The notes under the pieces are model-generated. The model saw nothing but the letters and a program-made list of their open reading frames with translations. It did no database searches and was not told the DNA's origin. From contig CAZAXH010000002.1 of the NCBI GenBank assembly GCA_964489065.1, positions 214,177 to 278,176 of the forward strand: a stretch of 64,000 nucleotides of DNA. The letters run 5' to 3'. The first letter of the stretch is position 1; each line of letters begins with the position of its first letter. The translations under genes were made by a program, and so were the position numbers. Below, in pieces: positions 58,112 through 64,000 of this stretch. Origin of the DNA: an uncultured Planctomycetales bacterium. GTDB taxonomy: Bacteria > Omnitrophota > Gorgyraeia > Zapsychrales > JANLHA01.

Positions 58112-59971
58112 ATGTGGATAGATCGTCTTGAAATAATTTGGAAAGAACTGCGGAAGAAGCCGATTGAATTTTTAGCCATCGACGTCGCGCAGGGGGTCGC
58201 CAAAATCATTTATCTGGAAAAGATCCGGGACCACTGGAAAGTGTATAAGTATCGGGTCAAGCCGTTGCCGTTTTCGGAAAATCCCGATGTGCAACCTTTT
58301 GTTCAGTTTGTTCAGGATTTTATTCAGGAGAATGGCATTGAAGCCCAAGACGTGATTTTGAGCATTTCCGACGCGGATGCCCTCGGCGTCGCGTATCTCC
58401 CCGCCCCGGATCTTCCCCGGAAAGAAGATGTTTTGGCCGCTGTCCGTCCTCAATTGAAGGAAGAAGTCTTGTTTGACGTGGCAGAGGCCTATGTTGACTG
58501 GCAGGTCGTCAGGGATTCCTATGAGGAGGAAGGTAAAAAGAAGAAAGATTCCGCTTTTATTGCCGTTAAGAAAAATATTTTAGACCATTATTTAAAGGCC
58601 TTGGCTTCGTGCGCGCTTCACCCTGTTTGCGTCACCACGAATGTGCTGGCGTACAGCCATTTATTGCAGTCCTTGTCCTATGAGCCCAAAAACTGCGCGG
58701 TCCTGGATTTGGATTTTCAGCAGTCGACGTTGACATTTTTTATCAATAATAAGATCCACTTTTCCCGGAATATGCCGATTTCCTGGGAAAAAATCACCCA
58801 GTCTTTGACGGAGATACTGGTTTCCGACAAGGGCAAAATCGAATTGACTTATGAAGAAGCCGAGGAGATCAAAAATACTGTTGGGTTCCCTTCGGGAACT
58901 TATGATGAAAACCGTTTCATCCGGGACAATGTCCAGTTAAAGCATGTGGTGTCCATGCTCAGGCCTATTTTGGAGGTTTTAAGCCGGGAATTGAAATTTT
59001 CTTTTGATTATTACGCCGCCAATTCTAACGCGGAGCCACCAGCGGTTCTTTACATCACCGGCGGTGGTGCGAATTTAAAAGGGATGGATCAGTATTTAAG
59101 CCGGGAGATGGGGATTCAGGTGTGTCCCTTGCCGGTTCCCGGACTTTTTGATTTTGAAGCGGTCCCTGAACTGGGGAGGCCCCGGCCGGACCTTCTCGCG
59201 GCCGGCCAAAAAAAAGAAACAGCCTCCGGGCCGCTGGCGGGTGCCCCCGGGCCAAGCGAAGAACGGAAAAACAGGATTATCAATGCTGCCGGAGCCAACC
59301 AGGTTTTGCATACGGCGGACTTAAACGGCGGCTCTTTGCCGGGTCTGGGGGCGGTTCTCGGGATAGATAAGACCTCCCAGGGGAATGAAACCCTGGATGT
59401 TTTTTGCAGCCAGCTTACGACTCTTTTGGGGGCGGTGTTAACCCCTCGGGACGGCGTCAACCTTCTGCCGCCGGAGATTAAGCGTAGAAAGATTGATCAA
59501 TTGGAGAGGATATGTATCCGGGTCGGCGGTATCACGGCTGTTTTTATCATGCTGCTTCTGGTGATGGTGGTCAAGTTGCAAATCAAGGATTTCAGCCGGA
59601 GATTGTCCGCCGCACAGATTCATTTGTCAGTTATTAAGGAAATTGAAGACGCAACCGTCCAGTTAAATGAGAGTACGCTTTTTCAGGAAAAACTTTTGGC
59701 GGAGCACCTTCCGCTGGAAGGGGTTTTAAAGGTTGTTAGCGCGTCCATCCCCCGGCAGGTTATCCTTCGCCGGATGAATTTTAATCAGGGCTCGAATCAA
59801 ATTAGCCTGGATGGAGTTGTTGCCGAAAAAGCGGAGTTGGCGGAACAAATTTTGACTACGTTTATGCAGGATATGGAGAAGAGTTCTTTTATCGCGGACG
59901 CGACGATTGTTTCGATAGAAGGGGTGGGAGGGATCCATAATTTTTCTATAACCTGTGACCTGGTAAAATAG
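58112..59971 (+). CDS. pilM: PilM-PilN fusion (actin-like ATPase PilM fused to bitopic PilN)
   Basis: ~360 aa PilM-like domain, low-complexity linker, then LLPPEIKRRKIDQLERI + TM helix + PilN-like C-terminus. Confidence 0.7.
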   Translation: MWIDRLEIIWKELRKKPIEFLAIDVAQGVAKIIYLEKIRDHWKVYKYRVKPLPFSENPDVQPFVQFVQDFIQENGIEAQDVILSISDADALGVAYLPAPDLPRKEDVLAAVRPQLKEEVLFDVAEAYVDWQVVRDSYEEEGKKKKDSAFIAVKKNILDHYLKALASCALHPVCVTTNVLAYSHLLQSLSYEPKNCAVLDLDFQQSTLTFFINNKIHFSRNMPISWEKITQSLTEILVSDKGKIELTYEEAEEIKNTVGFPSGTYDENRFIRDNVQLKHVVSMLRPILEVLSRELKFSFDYYAANSNAEPPAVLYITGGGANLKGMDQYLSREMGIQVCPLPVPGLFDFEAVPELGRPRPDLLAAGQKKETASGPLAGAPGPSEERKNRIINAAGANQVLHTADLNGGSLPGLGAVLGIDKTSQGNETLDVFCSQLTTLLGAVLTPRDGVNLLPPEIKRRKIDQLERICIRVGGITAVFIMLLLVMVVKLQIKDFSRRLSAAQIHLSVIKEIEDATVQLNESTLFQEKLLAEHLPLEGVLKVVSASIPRQVILRRMNFNQGSNQISLDGVVAEKAELAEQILTTFMQDMEKSSFIADATIVSIEGVGGIHNFSITCDLVK

Positions 59972-59973
59972 TT

Positions 59974-60552
59974 ATGAAAAATTGGCAGGCGTTGTCAGTC
60001 ACCGAACAGAAATATGTTGAAATAGGGATATTGCTTTGCCTCTTCTTGGGGCTGTTCTTGGGGGTCTATTTCCCCGCTTACAGGGAGTTGCGGACGGTTA
60101 GATCAGAGCTTAAGGGGGGAGAAGCGGAAATTGACAGGATAGAATTGATGGCCGGGAAAAATCGTGATATTAAACAAGGCTTGAAGGAGTTGCAGGACGA
60201 GATTGCCCTTTTCCGCCACCGTTTCCCCGAGAAAGAAGACCAGGGTGTCAAAGCACTCGCGGATACCGCCCGGAATCACAATTTGGAAATTGTCTCCACC
60301 CGCATAGGAATTCAACGTAAAAGTACGGATAATAAAAACAGGGCTTTAAAATTTAGAGATGCAGAATGCGGCTTTATCTCTGTGACGGGTCAGTTCAAAG
60401 GCCGTTTCCAGGATCTTGTAGGCTATTTTGAGGAGTTGGAGACCAGCCCGGAATATTTTGTCACGGTGGAGCGGCTGGATTTGGAACGGGTTGACGCCAC
60501 CGAGGGGATATTAAGTATTGCCGTTGAGTTAAAACTTTATTTATTGGGATAG
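59974..60552 (+). CDS. pilO: type IV pilus assembly protein PilO
   Basis: single N-terminal TM, coiled coil, PilO-like C-terminal domain; 192 aa. Confidence 0.65.
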   Translation: MKNWQALSVTEQKYVEIGILLCLFLGLFLGVYFPAYRELRTVRSELKGGEAEIDRIELMAGKNRDIKQGLKELQDEIALFRHRFPEKEDQGVKALADTARNHNLEIVSTRIGIQRKSTDNKNRALKFRDAECGFISVTGQFKGRFQDLVGYFEELETSPEYFVTVERLDLERVDATEGILSIAVELKLYLLG

Positions 60553-60560
60553 GCGCCCGT

Positions 60561-61040
60561 ATGCATAAGAAGGATAAAATTCAAATTGCCGTCACCGGGG
60601 TGCTGGTTGTTATCCTGGCCGTTATTTTGGCTACCGGGGTGGGCAAAAAGGGCAGGAAGAAGAAGAGGTGCCTTCCTGTCGTCCGGGCCGGAACCTCGGC
60701 GTTGGCTGCCAAGCCTAAATCTCCGGCACCGGCATCTTCGTCACCGGTAAAATTGTCGCCTTTCCGTCAATTGCAGGCCGAGGCCCAGAGTATGACGCTG
60801 GTGCGGGATCCGTTTACTTTAAAATCAATTGAAAAAGAAGACGGAGAGGCGGCTGCGCAGGAAGTTGAATTTTACTTGATCGGCATTGCCTGGGATTCGG
60901 CCCAACCTAAGGCGATTATCAATAATAAAATCGTTCAGGTCGGCAGCCAGTTGGGCCGTTACACCGTGATGGAGATTTCTGAGAACAGGGTGATCTTGTC
61001 GGATGGGGCAGAAAAACTTGAATTATTGCTGGAACTGTAA
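60561..61040 (+). CDS. PilP-like pilus assembly lipoprotein/periplasmic protein
   Basis: N-terminal TM/signal, Pro/Ser-rich linker, C-terminal beta domain (GIAWDS..KAIINNKIVQVGSQLGRYTV..I..NRVIL). Confidence 0.55.
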   Translation: MHKKDKIQIAVTGVLVVILAVILATGVGKKGRKKKRCLPVVRAGTSALAAKPKSPAPASSSPVKLSPFRQLQAEAQSMTLVRDPFTLKSIEKEDGEAAAQEVEFYLIGIAWDSAQPKAIINNKIVQVGSQLGRYTVMEISENRVILSDGAEKLELLLEL

Positions 61041-61528
61041 TTCTCCTGGCCCCCGTTGGGCTGGGGGGTGTTTAACAGACGTGAGTTGATAAAATTGCGT
61101 TCGGTTGTTGAAGACGCTATAATTATTCCCATTTCCATGATGCTTGGGCCCGTCGCAGGAAGAAGTTTTATCTTAAAAAGGAATGCCTGAAACGAAGAGA
61201 AACCGTCTTGGCGATAATTTTTCCGTCGAGAAAAAATAATGTCGTTTAAGAGTTGACTTTTTGTTTTTTTTCTATAAGATTGAATCATGTTGTTTTGTTC
61301 AACTGTGATGTTGTAAAAAACAAATTGAATTTTGATGCCATAACCACGAGTCCCGGTTTTATATGATGTTCTTGATATTCCATCCTTTCATGATCCAGCC
61401 CCGAAGCCTTGTTGCCGCATGGGGGGTGTTCAATGTCTCCTGCATTTTTAAAAGGTTCTGTTAGTGTCCAGCCGCCCTCATGCCTAGGGCAGGGACGTGG
61501 ATTTGGTGTCGGCACGATTTTTTAAAAA

Positions 61529-61544
61529 ATACAATATATAAGTT
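61529..61544 (+). promoter_or_regulatory. NrdR box 1
   Basis: ATACAATATATAAGTT, partial match to the acaCwAtATaTwgtgt consensus; 31 bp upstream of box 2. Confidence 0.55.
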
Positions 61545-61554
61545 TATTTAAATA

Positions 61555-61583
61555 TTGACACACAATATGTTGTGTGGGATAAT
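61555..61583 (+). promoter_or_regulatory. nrdDG promoter (TTGACA-17-GATAAT) overlapping NrdR box 2 (ACACAATATGTTGTGT, 61560-61575)
   Basis: near-perfect NrdR palindrome embedded between -35 and -10. Confidence 0.7.
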
Positions 61584-61660
61584 GGCTTTACTTCAGAAGA
61601 ACCTAGTAAATCAATCCGTAATATATTACCAAAGACATTATAGAGAAAAGGGGGTGTTTG

Positions 61661-63781
61661 ATGCAGGCAACGGGTACCATTGTCAGCATTGTGAAACGCA
61701 ACGGTAAGGTTGAAGATTTCCTTCCGCAGAAAATTACCACGGCTATTCTCAAGGCTGGACAAGCCACGGGTGAATTTGATGAGCCTATTGCCCGCAATCT
61801 GACGATTCGCGCTGTCAATATCGCTCATCAGCTATTCGCGGAACGCTATCCGAGCGTGGAAGATATTCAGGATATCGTTGAGGAAGTCCTTATCACATCT
61901 CCTTACAAAAAATCTGCGAAAGCCTACATCATCTACCGGGATCAGCACTCTAAAATCCGGGAGATTACCTCTAAGAGTCAGGTCGGGTTGGTGGATCAGT
62001 ATTTGGAACGGTTGGACTGGAAAGTCAACGAAAACAGCAATATGGCTTATTCTTTGCAGGGCCTTAATAATTACATATCGACGGAAGTTACAAAAATATA
62101 CTGGCTAAATAAAATTTATTCTCCGCAGGTCAAAGAGGCCCACCGCGACGCCCGGTTTCACATTCATGATTTGGGACTCCTGAGTGTTTACTGTGTCGGG
62201 TGGGATTTGCAGGACCTGCTAAAGAGCGGCTTCCGGGGCGCTTCCGGGAAAATGGAATCGGCACCGGCCAAGCATTTCGGCAGCGCTTTGGGGCAGATCG
62301 TCAATTTCTTTTACACTTTGCAGGGAGAGGCGGCCGGGGCGCAGGCGTTTTCAAATTTTGATACCCTTTTAGCTCCTTTTATCCGGTATGACAAGCTGAC
62401 ATATGATGAGGTCAAGCAGGCCCTTCAGGAGTTTGTTTTTAACCTTAATGTTCCGACGCGGGTTGGCTTTCAGACGCCGTTTACCAATCTGACGCTGGAT
62501 TTGCACGTTCCGTCTCTCTTTGCCGATGTCCCGGTGATTATTGGTGGCAAGCCGCAGAAAGAAACCTATAAAGATTTCCAGGGAGAAATGGATATCCTTA
62601 ACAAGGCCTTTCTGGACGTGATGCTGGAAGGGGATGCGAAAGGGCGCGTCTTTACTTTCCCCATTCCGACGTATAATATTTCCAAGGATTTTGACTGGGA
62701 CAACCCCAACTTGAATCTTTTGTGGCAAATGACGGCGAAATACGGGATCCCGTATTTCGCAAATTTCGTGAATTCCGATATGAACCCGGAAGATGCCCGC
62801 AGTATGTGCTGCCGGTTGCGTCTGGACAATCGGGAGCTCCGCAGACGCGGGGGCGGGCTGTTCGGCGCTTCGCCTCTCACCGGGTCCATCGGAGTGGTGA
62901 CGATTAATTTGCCTCAAATGGGGCATGTCGCCACGGATGAACAGGATTTTTATACGCGGCTTGAACATCTGATGGTTTTAGCGAAAGAGAGCCTGGAGGT
63001 CAAAAGGAAAGTGCTGGAAGAGTTTACGGATTCCGGCCTTTACCCGTATTCCCGGTATTATCTGCGCCAGGTTAAAGAGCGGTTTTCCCAGTATTGGAAA
63101 AATCATTTCTCCACGATTGGGCTGATCGGGATGAATGAAGCTTGCCAGAACCTCTTGGGGGTTAACCTCGCTTCGCCGCAGGGACGGGATTTTGCCTTGC
63201 GGGTTCTGGATTTTATGCGTGATAAACTTATGCAGTTCCAGGAAGAAACCGGAAACAATTATAATTTGGAAGCGACGCCTGCGGAAGGCGTGTCTTACCG
63301 CATGGCCAAAATAGACCAGGAACAGTACCCGGACATCATTTGCGCCAATTCCTGCTCCTGCCAGGAAGGAGCCGAACCGTTTTATACAAATTCGACGCAT
63401 CTGCCGGTTAATTATTCCGATGACATTTTTCAAGTCCTGGAACTTCAGGATGATCTGCAGGCTAAATATACTGGGGGGACGGTGTTGCATATTTTCGTGG
63501 GGGAGAGGATTGCAGATGTCGAAGCGCTGAAGCAACTGATAAAGACGGTCTGCACCAAATACCGGCTGCCGTATTTTACGATCACCCCGACATTCAGCGT
63601 CTGCCCGAATTGTGGTTATATTGCCGGTGAGCATAAATACTGCCTGAAATGTGAGGATGAATGCGAGATTTATTCACGCGTTGTCGGATATCTGCGTCCT
63701 GTCCAGCAATGGAATAAAGGGAAGAAAGAGGAGTTCCTCAAGAGAAAGACGTATCGGATATGCAAATCGGAGGATTCTTAA
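61661..63781 (+). CDS. nrdD: anaerobic ribonucleoside-triphosphate reductase (class III)
   Basis: ~700 aa; C-terminal glycyl-radical motif RVVGYLRP and Zn-ribbon CPNCGY...CLKCED; RBS AAAAGGGGG. Confidence 0.9.
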   Translation: MQATGTIVSIVKRNGKVEDFLPQKITTAILKAGQATGEFDEPIARNLTIRAVNIAHQLFAERYPSVEDIQDIVEEVLITSPYKKSAKAYIIYRDQHSKIREITSKSQVGLVDQYLERLDWKVNENSNMAYSLQGLNNYISTEVTKIYWLNKIYSPQVKEAHRDARFHIHDLGLLSVYCVGWDLQDLLKSGFRGASGKMESAPAKHFGSALGQIVNFFYTLQGEAAGAQAFSNFDTLLAPFIRYDKLTYDEVKQALQEFVFNLNVPTRVGFQTPFTNLTLDLHVPSLFADVPVIIGGKPQKETYKDFQGEMDILNKAFLDVMLEGDAKGRVFTFPIPTYNISKDFDWDNPNLNLLWQMTAKYGIPYFANFVNSDMNPEDARSMCCRLRLDNRELRRRGGGLFGASPLTGSIGVVTINLPQMGHVATDEQDFYTRLEHLMVLAKESLEVKRKVLEEFTDSGLYPYSRYYLRQVKERFSQYWKNHFSTIGLIGMNEACQNLLGVNLASPQGRDFALRVLDFMRDKLMQFQEETGNNYNLEATPAEGVSYRMAKIDQEQYPDIICANSCSCQEGAEPFYTNSTHLPVNYSDDIFQVLELQDDLQAKYTGGTVLHIFVGERIADVEALKQLIKTVCTKYRLPYFTITPTFSVCPNCGYIAGEHKYCLKCEDECEIYSRVVGYLRPVQQWNKGKKEEFLKRKTYRICKSEDS

Positions 63782-64000
63782 AATGTTCCCTGGTCGATTA
63801 CCCGGGTAAGGTCGCGGCGGTTGTTTTTACTCAGGGTTGTAATTTCCGTTGTCCATTTTGTCATAATCCCGAGTTGGTTATCCCTGCCTTGTTCCGTGCT
63901 TGTGTCCCTGAGACCGAGGTGGTGAGTTTTTTGGAACAACGCCGAGGGGTCTTGCAGGGGCTGACGGTCACGGGCGGTGAGCCGACTCTCCAGCCGGATT
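63760..64000 (+). CDS. nrdG: anaerobic ribonucleotide reductase activating protein (radical SAM), 5' partial
   Basis: MQIGGFLKCSLVDYPGKVAAVVFTQGCNFRCPFCHNPELV; overlaps the nrdD stop; runs off the window. Confidence 0.85.
   Translation, partial: MQIGGFLKCSLVDYPGKVAAVVFTQGCNFRCPFCHNPELVIPALFRACVPETEVVSFLEQRRGVLQGLTVTGGEPTLQPD

Overview
This is a 64 kb, roughly 50% GC, densely coding window that looks like part of an anaerobic bacterial chromosome. The window is unusually rich in two-component signalling proteins, with a type IV pilus (T4P) gene cluster embedded among them. Most genes are on the + strand. Support for an anaerobic lifestyle comes from pyruvate:ferredoxin oxidoreductase, ADP-forming acetyl-CoA synthetase, anaerobic ribonucleotide reductase (NrdDG), superoxide reductase, a flavodiiron protein and two radical-SAM enzymes.

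Recognisable content, in order:
- a degraded ABC-transporter fragment;
- a Ski2-like DEAD/DEAH helicase;
- a superoxide reductase, ferredoxin and YjbQ oxidative-stress set;
- at least 12 receiver (REC) domains and 6 histidine kinases, including a five-gene REC/HK/REC/REC-HK/REC run and a PAS histidine kinase with a C-terminal PilZ domain next to pilB;
- rtcB-archease;
- a MORN-repeat secreted protein;
- a flavodiiron protein, ilvD, and an Rrf2 regulator followed by metY, cysK and an AhpD-like gene;
- mscS;
- a decayed DUF4062/Schlafen(AlbA_2) defence-like pseudogene with two in-frame amber codons;
- ADP-forming acetyl-CoA synthetase, a PAS-GAF protein with a degenerate GGDEF domain, a short pyruvate kinase, a GH57 glycosidase and a spermidine-synthase/polytopic-membrane fusion;
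- a minus-strand operon of a NosR/NapH-like FMN/FeS membrane protein, a small membrane protein and an AmmeMemoRadiSam-type radical SAM enzyme;
- YihY, a GAF histidine kinase, PFOR and a dihydroorotate-dehydrogenase-like flavoprotein;
- the T4P cluster (pilB, pilC, pilin, a Cys-rich PilX-like protein, minor pilins, a PilM-PilN fusion, pilO, pilP) with no secretin;
- nrdD-nrdG preceded by tandem NrdR boxes.

The most unusual signal is a roughly 170-200 nt structured element present in three copies (two full, one 3'-partial). Each full copy lies directly 5' of a signalling gene and about 10-30 nt downstream of a predicted promoter. Its tandem hairpins tolerate only G·U-type substitutions, which argues for an undescribed cis-regulatory leader RNA or mobile RNA motif.
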